From an uncultured Bacteroidales bacterium (GTDB lineage: Bacteria > Bacteroidota > Bacteroidia > Bacteroidales > UBA10428): a stretch of DNA of 64,000 bases. The DNA lies in NCBI GenBank assembly GCA_964634105.1, contig CAZWIU010000001.1, forward strand, positions 16,949 through 80,948, written 5' to 3'. The position numbers and the translations under genes are program-made. Under the pieces are notes generated by a model. It worked only from the letters and a program-made list of their open reading frames with translations, was not told where the DNA came from and ran no database searches. Below are positions 1-11,092 of the stretch, in pieces (positions within the stretch are counted from its first letter, which is position 1; every line of letters starts with the position of its first letter).

Positions 1-595
1 AGGGAAAATGAAATATCGTTCTTCATACGGTCAGAATCTCTTACAACATTCACGTGAAGTAGCTAACCTCTGTGCAATTATGGCCGCTGAAGTAGGGCTG
101 AATCCGAAAATAGCAAAGCGCGCCGGCTTGCTGCATGACATTGGAAAAGTACCCGATGACGAGCCTGAAATACCACATGCAGTATTTGGTATGAAACTCG
201 CCGAGAAATATAAGGAAAAACCTGAAGTATGCAATGCCATAGGTGCCCACCATGATGAGGTTGAAATGACCAGCCTTATTTCACCGATCGTGCAGGTTTG
301 TGATGCTATCTCCGGTGCTCGGCCTGGTGCCCGTCGCGAAGTTGTTGAATCCTATATTAAACGTCTAAAAGACCTGGAAAGTCTTGCCCTTTCATACCCT
401 GGTGTTTTAAAAACTTACGCTATCCAGGCTGGACGTGAACTTAGGGTTATTGTTGGAAGTGATAAGGTTTCGGATAAGGATGCAGATTCACTTTCTTATG
501 AAATAGCTAAGCGAATACAAGATGAAATGACATACCCGGGTCAGGTTAAAATAACGGTCATCCGGGAAACGAGAGCGGTAAGCTATGCAAAATAA
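1..595 (+). CDS. rny: ribonuclease Y, C-terminal part (5' end lies outside the window)
   Basis: The reading frame is open from the window edge. HD-domain motifs LLHDIGK and GAHHDE are present, and the C-terminal ...[14 protein letters not shown] is typical of RNase Y. Confidence 0.85.
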   Translation, partial: GKMKYRSSYGQNLLQHSREVANLCAIMAAEVGLNPKIAKRAGLLHDIGKVPDDEPEIPHAVFGMKLAEKYKEKPEVCNAIGAHHDEVEMTSLISPIVQVCDAISGARPGARREVVESYIKRLKDLESLALSYPGVLKTYAIQAGRELRVIVGSDKVSDKDADSLSYEIAKRIQDEMTYPGQVKITVIRETRAVSYAK

Positions 596-1456
596 TCAGA
601 ATATTTTGAGAAGTTCTTTCAACCTCTCTATTTTATCTTTAAAACCAAGTTTTTCATAAGATAGAATCAGGTTGTTTATAAGCCTTATAATAATATCCCG
701 ATTCGTACAGGGAATGAAATATGATTTATCCGGTTTCAAGTGCTGCTGCTTGATGAAATAATCTATTTCCTTCTTTCCAAGGATCGCACCTTTATTATAT
801 GGATTAATATAAAAGAGAATATCCTCAGCTTCATCCTCTGCATCACGATGTCGATATTCATCTTTATAGGCAAGGATGAAATTCTTTGGGAGATTTACAC
901 CGAAAATCGGCAGATTTAGTTTGGATGTGATCGATAAATATACAACAGCCAACGATATAGGATTACCTTTCCTGGTTTCAATGACCTGGTTAATATATGA
1001 ATTCTGCGGCGAATAAAAGTTGCTTGAATTGCGTACGAACTTATGTATGTCGAACATTGCATGATTAATCATCCTGACCTTCTCAAGAGCAGTAAGGTTG
1101 GAATTACTTTCTATCCAAACGTCCTGCTTTATTAATTCAATCTGCTCATCAAGTTTGGAATAGCTTATTTCAGGAAATTGAAATTGGGATAAAAAACATG
1201 CGCCTTCCAATATATTAACCGAACCGCTACTCAACCATGATTTAAGATTTTCTTTGGTAGTCTCGAATTGAATATTATGAATAACCAGTTCAAGACGTTC
1301 CTGCATTTTTTCATCGGGGGCAGTCTCCCAAGCCTTTTCAAGTTGTGGGACAATAGAAATTCCTTCTTTTAACAGGTTATCGGTAACCATATTCACCACC
1401 TCGGCATCTGTGTCATCCAATAATGCAATTAACGCATCAATTTTACTTCTTACCAT
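596..1456 (-). CDS. transglutaminase-like (SirB1/UPF0162-type) protein
   Basis: 286-aa ORF. The segment NSYINQVIETRKGNPISLAVVYLSITSKLNLPIFGVNLPKNFILAY matches the transglutaminase-core-2 pattern as I remember it. Confidence 0.55.
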   Translation of the reverse strand: MVRSKIDALIALLDDTDAEVVNMVTDNLLKEGISIVPQLEKAWETAPDEKMQERLELVIHNIQFETTKENLKSWLSSGSVNILEGACFLSQFQFPEISYSKLDEQIELIKQDVWIESNSNLTALEKVRMINHAMFDIHKFVRNSSNFYSPQNSYINQVIETRKGNPISLAVVYLSITSKLNLPIFGVNLPKNFILAYKDEYRHRDAEDEAEDILFYINPYNKGAILGKKEIDYFIKQQHLKPDKSYFIPCTNRDIIIRLINNLILSYEKLGFKDKIERLKELLKIF

Positions 1457-1643
1457 GGCAAACAGATTGTATTCAAAGCTAGAAATAATATAAAATTAAT
1501 GCTGGGTAATTATATCCAAATTATTTAACAAATAATTTATTGAAACATTTCTTTGACAATCTCGAAAAAAATTATTACTGTTGTAGTCTTTATGACTATT
1601 AGATGCATTGTCTTGTATTTTATTTATTTATAATTTCGATTTT

Positions 1644-3134
1644 ATGATATTACTCGGAATTGATGTAGGAAGTTCAAGCGTTAAACTAACCTTGTTAGAT
1701 GCAGGATCAGGCAAGAAAATTGCTTCGGCTCAATACCCAAAACAGGAAATGAAGATTATTTCACATAAACCTGGTTGGGCAGAACAGAATCCTGAGGACT
1801 GGTGGCAGAATATTATGTATGGGCTTAAGGAGTTATCACAGCATAAAAATGTTGACCTCTCACTTGTTTCTGCTATTGGTATTACTTACCAGATGCATGG
1901 ATTGGTGTGTATTGACAAGAATAAGAATGTATTACGCCCTTCCATTATCTGGTGCGACAGTAGGGCAGTTGAGATAGGGAACCGGGCATTTGATGAGATC
2001 GGCGGGGAAACCTGTTTGACAAATATTCTCAATTCCCCTGGTAATTTTACAGCCTCCAAACTGAAATGGGTAAAGGATAACGAACCTGATATCTATTCAA
2101 AAATCTATAAGATTATGCTGCCTGGCGATTATATTGCCATGCGGTTAACAGGAACGATAAATACAACTATAACAGGTCTTTCAGAAGGAATATTCTGGGA
2201 TTTCCCGCATCACCAGATCGCTGGTTTTTTAATGGATTATTATGGGCTTAATCCTGAATTTATTCCTGATATTTTACCTGCCTTTGGAAATCAGGGATTG
2301 CTTTTACCAGAAATTGCCAGGGAATTAGGATTGAAGCCAAACATTCCAGTTACCTACCGGGCAGGTGATCAACCCAACAATGCCTTTTCATTGAATGTAT
2401 TGAACCCAGGTGAAATTGCAGCTACAGCAGGTACATCCGGAGTTGTTTATGGTGTAACGGATAAGTATTCATACGATCCTAAATCGCGCGTTAACATATT
2501 TGCTCATGTAAATCATTCGGTTTCGAATGCCCGGCTTGGTGTTCTGCTTTGTATCAACGGAACAGGTATTTTAAACAGCTGGATTCAGAAGAATACAGGA
2601 AGTGCAAAATTATCCTATGCTGAAATGAATGAAGAAGCCTCACAGGTACCTATCGGGTCAAATGGACTTGTTATCATACCTTTTGGCAACGGGGCTGAGC
2701 GCGTTATCGAAAACCGTAATACGGGATGTCAGATCAGTAATCTGAATTTCAACCTTCATCATGCCGCACACCTATACAGGGCGGCCCAGGAGGGAATCGC
2801 ATTCTCATTTAAATACGGCATAGATATTATGTCAAAACATACTGGGCTAAATGTAGGACTGATCAGAGCTGGTCATGCGAATATGTTTCTGAGCCAGGTG
2901 TTCAGAGAAACACTTGCAAGTATTACTGGCGTTCCTATCGACCTTTATAATACAGATGGTTCGGAAGGGGCTGCACGCGGAGCAGGCGTTGGTTCAGGGG
3001 TTTATAAATCATTCGGCGATGCTTTTGCAAATCTTGAAAAGCTCTCTACAGTTGAACCTTTGTTAAAAAAACATGTTGAATATAATGAGGCATATCAAAA
3101 TTGGTACTCTGTGTTGAATACTATGTTAAACTAA
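1644..3134 (+). CDS. xylB: xylulokinase (FGGY carbohydrate kinase)
   Basis: FGGY N-terminus MILLGIDVGSSSVKL; sits directly upstream of xylA. I chose the ATG at 1644 over the longer tracked start at 1608. Confidence 0.8.
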   Translation: MILLGIDVGSSSVKLTLLDAGSGKKIASAQYPKQEMKIISHKPGWAEQNPEDWWQNIMYGLKELSQHKNVDLSLVSAIGITYQMHGLVCIDKNKNVLRPSIIWCDSRAVEIGNRAFDEIGGETCLTNILNSPGNFTASKLKWVKDNEPDIYSKIYKIMLPGDYIAMRLTGTINTTITGLSEGIFWDFPHHQIAGFLMDYYGLNPEFIPDILPAFGNQGLLLPEIARELGLKPNIPVTYRAGDQPNNAFSLNVLNPGEIAATAGTSGVVYGVTDKYSYDPKSRVNIFAHVNHSVSNARLGVLLCINGTGILNSWIQKNTGSAKLSYAEMNEEASQVPIGSNGLVIIPFGNGAERVIENRNTGCQISNLNFNLHHAAHLYRAAQEGIAFSFKYGIDIMSKHTGLNVGLIRAGHANMFLSQVFRETLASITGVPIDLYNTDGSEGAARGAGVGSGVYKSFGDAFANLEKLSTVEPLLKKHVEYNEAYQNWYSVLNTMLN

Positions 3135-3146
3135 TATAAATAAAGC

Positions 3147-4475
3147 ATGAAAGTAGTGACTGGAAGTAAAGAGTATTTTCCTGGAATCGGGAAAATTAAA
3201 TTTGAGGGCAAAGGATCGACAAATCCGTTAGCTTTCAAATGGTATAATGAAGATCAGATTGTTGCTGGTAAAACCATGAAGGACCATTTCAGGTTTGCAG
3301 TTGCTTATTGGCATACATTCTGTGGAGATGGGACCGACCCGTTCGGAGGTGCAACAATCAGTTACCCGTGGAAAGATGAAAATGATGCTATCACAAAAGG
3401 AAAACAAAAGATGGATGCAGCTTTTGAGTTCATCTCAAAATTAGGAATACCTTTTTACTGTTTCCACGATTTTGATCTTGTCCCGGAAGGTTCATCAATT
3501 GCTGAATCGGATAAGAATATTCAGGCCCTTGTTGATTATGCAAAACAGAAACAGGCTGAATCCGGTATCAAATTGTTATGGGGAACGGCAAATGTTTTTA
3601 GCCACAAAAGATATATGAACGGTGCTGCCACGAATCCCGATTTCGCTGTTGTTGCTCACGCCGCCACACAAATAAAAAGAGCTCTTGATGCTACCATAGC
3701 ACTGGGGGGTGAGAATTATGTATTCTGGGGCGGCCGTGAAGGATACATGTCTCTTCTGAATACCAACATGAAACGTGAGAAAGACCATCTTGCAATGATG
3801 CTCACAAAAGCCCGTGACTATGCCAGGAAAAATGGTTTTAAAGGTACTTTCCTGATCGAACCTAAGCCAATGGAACCTACAAAACATCAGTATGACTTCG
3901 ATTCTGAAACAGTTATCGGATTCTTACGTTATTATGGACTCGATAAGGATTTTAAACTGAACATTGAGGTAAATCATGCTACATTGGCTCAACATACATT
4001 TCAACATGAACTGCAGACTGCTGCAGATGCCGGTATGCTTGGTTCAATCGATGCTAACCGAGGCGATTACCAGAATGGTTGGGATACCGATCAATTCCCG
4101 GTGAATATTCAGGAATTAGTTGAGGCTTTACTGGTAATATTACCCTACGGTGGTTTTAAAACAGGAGGTGTCAATTTCGATGCAAAACGCAGGCGAAACT
4201 CCACAGATAATGAAGACCTGTTTATTGCACATATCCTGGGAATGGACTCATTTGCCCGGGCTTTACTGATTGCTAATGATATTCTTGAAAAGAGCAATTA
4301 TCTTAAATTACGTAAAGAAAGGTATGCTTCATTCGACAGCGGTGAAGGCAAAGCTTTCGAAGAAGGTAAACTGGGCCTCGAAGAATTGAGAGAATATGCT
4401 CTGAAAACCGGCGAGCCTAAAATTATTAGCGGCAAGCAGGAACTGTATGAAAGCATAATAAATCTTTACTTATAA
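3147..4475 (+). CDS. xylA: xylose isomerase
   Basis: 442 aa with the hallmark motifs FCFHD, WGGREGY and LIEPKP(M)[10 protein letters not shown]. Confidence 0.95.
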   Translation: MKVVTGSKEYFPGIGKIKFEGKGSTNPLAFKWYNEDQIVAGKTMKDHFRFAVAYWHTFCGDGTDPFGGATISYPWKDENDAITKGKQKMDAAFEFISKLGIPFYCFHDFDLVPEGSSIAESDKNIQALVDYAKQKQAESGIKLLWGTANVFSHKRYMNGAATNPDFAVVAHAATQIKRALDATIALGGENYVFWGGREGYMSLLNTNMKREKDHLAMMLTKARDYARKNGFKGTFLIEPKPMEPTKHQYDFDSETVIGFLRYYGLDKDFKLNIEVNHATLAQHTFQHELQTAADAGMLGSIDANRGDYQNGWDTDQFPVNIQELVEALLVILPYGGFKTGGVNFDAKRRRNSTDNEDLFIAHILGMDSFARALLIANDILEKSNYLKLRKERYASFDSGEGKAFEEGKLGLEELREYALKTGEPKIISGKQELYESIINLYL

Positions 4476-4478
4476 TCA

Positions 4479-5459
4479 ATGACAAATCAAATACCCCGTT
4501 TCAGGGTTGTTGAAGATAAGTTTGGTGCATACTCCTCGTATAGACTGACCGATTCGTCAAGCGGGGAGTATGCTACTATTCTCCCCTACCTGGGAGGAAC
4601 AATAAACAATATTGTCTTCAAACATAAGGATCAACTAATTGATATCCTCGACGGATACATCTCCTATACCGATGCATTGCAACATTTACATTCATCGTTT
4701 AAAGGAAGTAATCTGTTCCCCTTTCCGAATCGTATAAGGGGAGGAAATTATACATTTGAAGGTACATCTTACCAGCTGAATATAAATTTTCCAAATGAAA
4801 ATAACGCAATTCATGGTTTGGTATTCGATCAGAAATTTTCCGTTAAAGAAATTACAGATGGGGAACACCAATGCAGACTGGTAATTACTTATGAACCATC
4901 AGCAACATCAATTGGCTATCCATTCAACTATTTGCTGGAAATTACCTATAAATGGATTGAAGATCAAGGGTTTGAATGTATATCAATGGCTAAAAACCTT
5001 GGAAAAACAAATATGCCTGTTGGAATTGGCTGGCATCCATATTTCAAAGCAGCTTCTGATAAAGTGGATGATCTTTCAATGCAGTTTCCTGCTGATAAAG
5101 TATTGGAAGTTGATCAAAAGATGATTCCGACCGGTGTTTCAAAACAATATAATGAATTCAATACACTGAAACAGATTGATAATACACAATTGGACCATTG
5201 TTTTGTATTGAATACAAAAAAGTCACCGGCTGAAATTATAATCCAGAATAACAAGTTAAACTTTGGATACAAGATCTGGCAGGAAACAGGAACTGCCCTA
5301 TATAATTATTTGCAGATCTATACACCCCCTTCAAGAACATCAATTGCTATTGAACCTATGACCTGTATACCAGATGCATTCAATAACAAACAAGGGTTGA
5401 TTGTTCTCAAACCTGGCAAATCTGTTGAAGCCAGATGGGGAGTAACCTTATTAAAATGA
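4479..5459 (+). CDS. aldose 1-epimerase family protein (mutarotase-like)
   Basis: 326 aa. Has NAIHGL and GWHPYF motifs and follows xylA by 4 nt. Confidence 0.75.
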   Translation: MTNQIPRFRVVEDKFGAYSSYRLTDSSSGEYATILPYLGGTINNIVFKHKDQLIDILDGYISYTDALQHLHSSFKGSNLFPFPNRIRGGNYTFEGTSYQLNINFPNENNAIHGLVFDQKFSVKEITDGEHQCRLVITYEPSATSIGYPFNYLLEITYKWIEDQGFECISMAKNLGKTNMPVGIGWHPYFKAASDKVDDLSMQFPADKVLEVDQKMIPTGVSKQYNEFNTLKQIDNTQLDHCFVLNTKKSPAEIIIQNNKLNFGYKIWQETGTALYNYLQIYTPPSRTSIAIEPMTCIPDAFNNKQGLIVLKPGKSVEARWGVTLLK

Positions 5460-5516
5460 GTAATTTAACAGGAACTGTATAAAATACTTCTTTCAATAGT
5501 CTAATCCATTCATTCT

Positions 5517-5550
5517 AAAATCCGGAAAAACACTCCGGATTTTTTATTTT
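5517..5550 (+). terminator. rho-independent terminator after the xyl operon
   Basis: aaaaTCCGGAaaaacacTCCGGAtttttta: palindromic stem at 5521-5526 / 5534-5539, extendable by A-T pairs, followed by a T-run. Confidence 0.7.
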
Positions 5551-5724
5551 CCCTACTATAAGTTATCTGAACCTGGTTTTCCATCAGAAATAGACTTTCT
5601 AAACAATTGAATTCTTGTTACTTATAATATATTTTCTGGAATATTTGACGGAATCAAATGGATTATTTATTTTTGATATCATTTTAATATCATTTAAGTA
5701 TCATACATAACGAATAAAAATGCT

Positions 5725-6579
5725 ATGAAAACAGAAAAATCGGCTCGGAAAATTAACGGATACTTTATGCTATTTGTGATGGCTATCTTAATAGCAATGA
5801 GTGTCACTAGTTTCGCCGCACAGCACATTGTGGCAGGTATTATTTTTATACCCATTTTTATCCTTATTGCACCAGGATTCATGGTGGTTAACCCTAACAT
5901 ATCCAAAGTGATGTTACTCTTTGGTGCTTATCAGGGAACATTAAAACAAAACGGGTTTTTCTGGGTAAATCCCTTTTATATGAAGCATACGATTTCCTTG
6001 AAGGCCAGGAACTTTGAGAGTGAAAGGATTAAAGTGAATGATAAATTGGGCAATCCGATCATGATTAGTGCAATTCTTGTCTGGAAGGTGGAAGATACCT
6101 TCAAAGCAATGTTTGAAGTTGATGACTATGAGAACTTCGTAAAAATTCAAACAGATGCTGCCGTCAGAAAGCTAGCCGGATCATACCCTTATGACCAGTT
6201 TGAAGATGCAAAAGCATCAATCACGTTGAGTTCAAGCTTTGAAGAAGTTAACCGAAGCCTCGAGGATGAAATTTCAGAACGTTTGAAGTTAGCTGGTATA
6301 ACTGTTATTGAGGCCAGAATCGGGTACCTGGCCTATGCCCCTGAAATTGCACAGGTTATGCTGAAACGGCAGCAGGCAACAGCCATTATTGCAGCACGAA
6401 GCAAGATTGTTGAAGGTGCTGTTGGTATGGTTGAGAGCGCGTTAAACCTGCTTTCATCTAAAGAATTAATAGTTCTTGATGAAGAAAAGAAAGCCGCCAT
6501 GGTGAGCAATTTACTGATTGTGCTTTGCGGTGATAAAGACGTTGAACCTGTAATAAACACAGGTACATTACATCAATAA
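5725..6579 (+). CDS. SPFH/band-7 domain membrane protein
   Basis: 284 aa. N-terminal TM helices are followed by an SPFH-like core (ERIKVNDKLGNPI...VWKVEDT...). Confidence 0.75.
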   Translation: MKTEKSARKINGYFMLFVMAILIAMSVTSFAAQHIVAGIIFIPIFILIAPGFMVVNPNISKVMLLFGAYQGTLKQNGFFWVNPFYMKHTISLKARNFESERIKVNDKLGNPIMISAILVWKVEDTFKAMFEVDDYENFVKIQTDAAVRKLAGSYPYDQFEDAKASITLSSSFEEVNRSLEDEISERLKLAGITVIEARIGYLAYAPEIAQVMLKRQQATAIIAARSKIVEGAVGMVESALNLLSSKELIVLDEEKKAAMVSNLLIVLCGDKDVEPVINTGTLHQ

Positions 6580-6592
6580 AACAAATGCAATA

Positions 6593-6751
6593 ATGGCGGA
6601 AAAGAAGTCATTCGTGCTCAGGATTGATACCGAAACCATGAAGGCAATTGAAAAGTGGGCAGCAGATGAGTTCAGGAGTATTAACGGACAATTGGAGTGG
6701 ATGATTCACAAATCGTTGCGGGATGCCGGAAGATTGAAACCTCCAAAATAA
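6593..6751 (+). CDS. small Arc/ribbon-helix-helix-like DNA-binding protein (52 aa; below the ORF-track length cutoff)
   Basis: My translation is MAEKKSFVLRIDTETMKAIEKWAADEFRSINGQLEWMIHKSLRDAGRLKPPK. It shows a beta-strand/helix/helix RHH pattern and starts 14 nt after the SPFH stop. Confidence 0.6.
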   Translation: MAEKKSFVLRIDTETMKAIEKWAADEFRSINGQLEWMIHKSLRDAGRLKPPK

Positions 6752-6825
6752 GTGTAATATTATAATGAGTATGCATCCTGCTGCCTTCTATAAGCGGTAA
6801 GTTAAATTTTATCTGGTTCATTGAT

Positions 6826-6860
6826 CCAAAAAAAGCCATCCTTTCAAGATGGCTTTTCTC
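6826..6860. terminator. bidirectional rho-independent terminator between the Arc-like gene and tkt
   Basis: Perfect 10-bp stem aaaagccatc (6831-6840) / gatggctttt (6848-6857) with a 7-nt loop. An A-run precedes it and a T-run follows. Confidence 0.75.
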
Positions 6861-6878
6861 ATATATTAATATGATGGT

Positions 6879-8909
6879 TTATTTCTTTAAAAATTTACAT
6901 ACTTCATTAAATACGTTTTCTGCAGTATATCCCAGTTTTTCATCTAGCACTTTGGCAGGCGCTGAAAAACCAAAGCTCTTCATGCCTATTACTTTACCTT
7001 TTTCACCTACAAGTCCTCTAAGCGTTAATGGCAACCCTGCTGTTAGTCCTAAAATGGGTTTATCGGATGGAATTACCTGCTCCTGGTATTTCTTATCCTG
7101 ATCACGGAACAATCCTTCAGAAATAATCGATGATACCTGTACCTTCATTCCTTTTTGCTCTCTTAACAATCTGGCACCTGCAATGAGTGTAGATACTTCG
7201 GAACCATTACCCACTAAAATAATGTCGGGTGTTCCTTCATCTTTATAAGCAATATAGCCTCCCCTGGTGGCGGCCAGCGCCTCCTGGTATCGGTTTGTCT
7301 TAGCAGGAATATCGGGTATATTTTGTCTCGATAACAAAAGTCCAGTAGGAGTATGTATATTTTCCAATGCCATTTTCCATGCGACATTTGTTTCATAGGC
7401 ATCGGCCGGGCGCAATACTAACATACTGCGTTTATCGGAATGGTTGTAAAGATGTTCCATCAGTCGTATCTGAGCTTCCTGTTCAACCGGCTGATGTGTA
7501 GGCCCGTCTTCTCCCACCCTGAATGCATCGTGTGTCCATACATACTTTACTGGCAATTCCATTAAAGCAGCAAGCCTTACAGCCGGTTTCATATAATCGG
7601 AAAAAACAAAGAAAGTTGCACATACAGGAATAATACCGCCATGAAGCGCCAACCCATTAGCTATGGCTGCCATCGTAAGTTCAGAAACACCCGCCTGAAG
7701 AAATGCACCCGAAAAATCACCTTTAACAAATGGTTTGGTTTTCTTGAGAAAGCCATCCGTTTTATCACTGTTCGATAAGTCTGCAGAGGCAACAATCATA
7801 TTCTCGATCTTTGTAGCAAGATATCCGAGGATTACTCCTGAAGCAGCCCGGGTTGCAATATTTGGCTTCTGTTCGATTGAACTGAAATCGATTGCCGGAG
7901 CTACCGCTGAGTAAAACTGACTTAATTTCTTGGCTAAAGCAGGATTTTCAGCCTCCCACTGTAGTTGTTTCTCCTTTTTCTCTTTCGCTATCTGCAGCTT
8001 ATTCTTGTTTACTTTATCCCAATACTCTTTAACATCGGTAAATATTGCAAATGGTTTTTCAGGATCTCCACCCAGATTTATAATTGTTTTCTCAAATGAA
8101 GCACCTGCCTCAGATAATGGCATACCATGAGTTGAAGTTTTACGTTCAAAGGATACTCCATTAGCATCTAAAGCCCCTTTTCCCATGATTGTTTTACCAA
8201 TAATTAATGTCGGTCGTTGCTTTTCATTGACCGCTTTTTTTAGCGCATTACGAATTTCATCCTGGCTATTCCCATTGATTTCAATAACGTTCCAACCCCA
8301 TGCCTCATATTTCTTAGCTGTATTCTCACTAGTAACAGCATTGGTTTCTGTTGAAAGCTGAATGTCGTTAGAATCGTAAAACATAATCAGGTTGCTTAAT
8401 CCAAGATGCCCAGCAAGTCTTCCTGCCCCCTGTGAAATTTCTTCCTGAATACCACCATCCGAAATAAATGCATAGGTTTTATGAGACATCCACTCACCGA
8501 AACGCGCTACCAGAAACCGCTCAGCAATAGCAGCTCCAACAGCCATAGTATGGCCCATTCCAAGTGGCCCTGAAGTGTTCTCAACTCCTTTGGAAGGATT
8601 TGCTTCCGGGTGTCCTGGAGTAATGCTTCCCCATTGCCTGAAATTTTCCAAATCATTCAGTTTATAGAAGTTGGCAAAGGTAAGGACTGAATATAGCATA
8701 GGCGACATATGTCCAGGATCAAGAAAGAAACGATCTCTATTAATCCATTCCCCATCGGAAGGATCATAATTCAGGAACTCAGCATATAGTATATTGATAA
8801 AATCGGCTCCTCCCATAGCACCTCCAGGGTGACCAGATTTTGCCTTTTCAACCATTGCCGCAGAAAGAATACGAATATTATCAGCAGAACGCTCAATAAC
8901 TCCCTTCAT
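6879..8909 (-). CDS. tkt: transketolase
   Basis: 676 aa. Has the TPP-binding motifs GHPGG, GPLGMGH and ISDGG..EE, plus THDAFRVGEDGPTHQPVEQ. Confidence 0.95.
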   Translation of the reverse strand: MKGVIERSADNIRILSAAMVEKAKSGHPGGAMGGADFINILYAEFLNYDPSDGEWINRDRFFLDPGHMSPMLYSVLTFANFYKLNDLENFRQWGSITPGHPEANPSKGVENTSGPLGMGHTMAVGAAIAERFLVARFGEWMSHKTYAFISDGGIQEEISQGAGRLAGHLGLSNLIMFYDSNDIQLSTETNAVTSENTAKKYEAWGWNVIEINGNSQDEIRNALKKAVNEKQRPTLIIGKTIMGKGALDANGVSFERKTSTHGMPLSEAGASFEKTIINLGGDPEKPFAIFTDVKEYWDKVNKNKLQIAKEKKEKQLQWEAENPALAKKLSQFYSAVAPAIDFSSIEQKPNIATRAASGVILGYLATKIENMIVASADLSNSDKTDGFLKKTKPFVKGDFSGAFLQAGVSELTMAAIANGLALHGGIIPVCATFFVFSDYMKPAVRLAALMELPVKYVWTHDAFRVGEDGPTHQPVEQEAQIRLMEHLYNHSDKRSMLVLRPADAYETNVAWKMALENIHTPTGLLLSRQNIPDIPAKTNRYQEALAATRGGYIAYKDEGTPDIILVGNGSEVSTLIAGARLLREQKGMKVQVSSIISEGLFRDQDKKYQEQVIPSDKPILGLTAGLPLTLRGLVGEKGKVIGMKSFGFSAPAKVLDEKLGYTAENVFNEVCKFLKK

Positions 8910-9140
8910 AATACATTGTTTTGTAAAAAATTAAAACATAATTATAGTCAAAATGACTTAAACGACGACAAAAATAATGATTTTCTTAGAATCTGAATCC
9001 TACATGCTTTCGGATAAAGTTATATAATAATAGAAAGATGTTAATGTTTAATCATACTATCATAAAATAAGATGTATGACCATCATTATTCAAATAGTTC
9101 CTTATTTTTGGACGTTTATTATTTTTGTAAAAAAAACTAA

Positions 9141-9620
9141 ATGATACAACGAATTCAATCTCTGTTTCTTCTGGTTGCTTGTATTGCTTTTTTTCTTATA
9201 ATATTTCATCCTATTGCCAGAATGAATTTAAGTAATGGGGGAACTCTTTACCTGACAAGTATCGGAGTTAAAATAAATAAAGCTCCGTCCGATATGGTTT
9301 ATAATGCATTCCCAATTGGCATTTTAGCCTGCATTTGCGGTATAATGTGTTTTATTACTATAGTCCTATACCATAAGCGTCAGCTACAAATGCGTTTTTG
9401 TGTATATAATCTTTTGCTTACATTGGCAATAGCAATTTTAATTTTTGCATACTATTATTTTATTCAGAATAAAACAATTGACAATAATATTAAAGTACTG
9501 ACAAGCGCACTTTTATATCCTGTTGTTTTGCCTTTTGTCAATATTATCCTGCTATTTCAATCGTTCAGAGCAATCCGCAGGGACGATCTGTTGATTAAAT
9601 CATACGACAGGCTGCGATGA
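9141..9620 (+). CDS. DUF4293-like multi-pass membrane protein
   Basis: 159 aa with four predicted hydrophobic helices. The start MIQRIQSLFLL is typical of this Bacteroidota family, from memory. Confidence 0.55.
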   Translation: MIQRIQSLFLLVACIAFFLIIFHPIARMNLSNGGTLYLTSIGVKINKAPSDMVYNAFPIGILACICGIMCFITIVLYHKRQLQMRFCVYNLLLTLAIAILIFAYYYFIQNKTIDNNIKVLTSALLYPVVLPFVNIILLFQSFRAIRRDDLLIKSYDRLR

Positions 9621-9651
9621 CAAGAAACATAGAGTTATTTTTTGGAAAATA

Positions 9652-10107
9652 TCAGAGAAACGACATGTGCTCCTTATTTGTGAGCTTTTCGCAATAGTGA
9701 CAACGAAGTTTAACTTCCTTCTTATCAATCACATGAAATTTGGTTGCTACCTTTTCATGATTTGTGATGCACATCGGATTAACGCATTTCACAATACTAT
9801 ATATTTCATCGGGTATTTCAACAACCTTCTTTTCGACCACACTATAATCACGTATCACGTTTAATTTCGCTTCAGGAGCAACAAGTGCGATCCTGTTAAT
9901 ATCTTTATCCATAAAGAATACGCCGGAAAGTTTTATAATGCCTTTCTTTCCGAGCTTTTTACTGATAAGATTCGTACCAAAAGTAATAGTACCTTCAATT
10001 TTATCTAATCCTAATATGGTTATTACCTTAAAAAGGCTGTCGGCTGGAATATGATCAATTACTGTTCCGTCTTTGATGGCGCTTACTTCCAGAATCTTGT
10101 CTTTCAT
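9652..10107 (-). CDS. pyrI: aspartate carbamoyltransferase regulatory subunit
   Basis: 151 aa. Contains IKDGTVIDHI and the C-terminal zinc motif CxNPxC...CxYC; lies directly downstream of pyrB. Confidence 0.9.
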   Translation of the reverse strand: MKDKILEVSAIKDGTVIDHIPADSLFKVITILGLDKIEGTITFGTNLISKKLGKKGIIKLSGVFFMDKDINRIALVAPEAKLNVIRDYSVVEKKVVEIPDEIYSIVKCVNPMCITNHEKVATKFHVIDKKEVKLRCHYCEKLTNKEHMSFL

Positions 10108-10116
10108 AGAGTATTG

Positions 10117-11034
10117 TTATTTCAGTCCAAGGATAAGAGAAATAATGGCTTGTCGAACGTATACACCATTTTCTGTTTGCTGAAAATAGTATGCTTTTGG
10201 ATTAATATCAACATCGGTATGGATCTCATTTACACGAGGGAGAGGGTGCATTACCCGCATATTTTCACGGGTTCCTTCCAGCATTTCATTCTTCAGCACA
10301 TATGCATTCTTAGTTTTTTCATATTCAATGGGATCGGAAAAACGTTCCTTCTGTACCCGGGTCATATAGATGATATCAGCGTTCCTAATGTTTTCATTTA
10401 ATTCTTTTGACTCGGAATAGGTTAACCCCAATGACCGGAGATAAAGCTTATATTCCTCAGGCATTTTAAGTTCGTCGGGGGAAATAAAATAAAAAGAAGC
10501 TTTGAATTCCGATAATGCCATCAATAATGAATGGACTGTACGGCCATATTTCAAGTCGCCTACCATGAAAATATTTAACCGATTCAGAGTTCCCTGAGTT
10601 TTTTGAATAGAATACAAGTCCAGCAGCGTTTGTGTTGGATGTTGATTTGCACCGTCGCCTGCATTTATCACAGGAAGATGTGTAATCTCACTAGCATATC
10701 TTGCACTTCCTTCAAGAGGATGTCTCATCACAATCATCTCTGCATAATTTGAAACAACTCGTATGGTATCATATAGTGACTCGCCCTTTGAAGTAGATGA
10801 TGTGGCAGAATCCGTAAATCCAATTACTTTTCCCCCCAGACGATTAATAGCACTCTCAAAGCTAAGACGTGTACGGGTTGATGGTTCAAAAAACAATGTT
10901 GCAATAACTCTTCCGTGTAAGAGATCCTGGTACGATTTTTTTTCGAATTCAGCAGCAGTATCTAGAATCTTAAGGTATTCATCTTTGCTAAAATCGGTGA
11001 TTGAAACGAGACTTTTGTTTCTCATCATTCCCAT
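10117..11034 (-). CDS. pyrB: aspartate carbamoyltransferase catalytic subunit
   Basis: 305 aa with the motifs [13 protein letters not shown] and HPLPR. Confidence 0.95.
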   Translation of the reverse strand: MGMMRNKSLVSITDFSKDEYLKILDTAAEFEKKSYQDLLHGRVIATLFFEPSTRTRLSFESAINRLGGKVIGFTDSATSSTSKGESLYDTIRVVSNYAEMIVMRHPLEGSARYASEITHLPVINAGDGANQHPTQTLLDLYSIQKTQGTLNRLNIFMVGDLKYGRTVHSLLMALSEFKASFYFISPDELKMPEEYKLYLRSLGLTYSESKELNENIRNADIIYMTRVQKERFSDPIEYEKTKNAYVLKNEMLEGTRENMRVMHPLPRVNEIHTDVDINPKAYYFQQTENGVYVRQAIISLILGLK

Positions 11035-11092
11035 TTTTAATTAAGTAAAAATAATAACTCTTATAGTAATTGAACGTGTTGTTAAAATATAT

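Noticed and set aside
3576-3887. Antisense or overlapping ORFs inside well-supported genes. Examples: 31-253, 3576-3887, 4891-5124, 7930-8130, 12120-12920, 19898-21283, 47533-47970, 48548-49236, 50210-51003, 54069-54519, 61014-61812.
   Set aside because: They lie entirely within strongly supported CDSs on the opposite strand or in another frame. Their composition is low-complexity or Cys/Phe/Ile-rich, typical of shadow ORFs.
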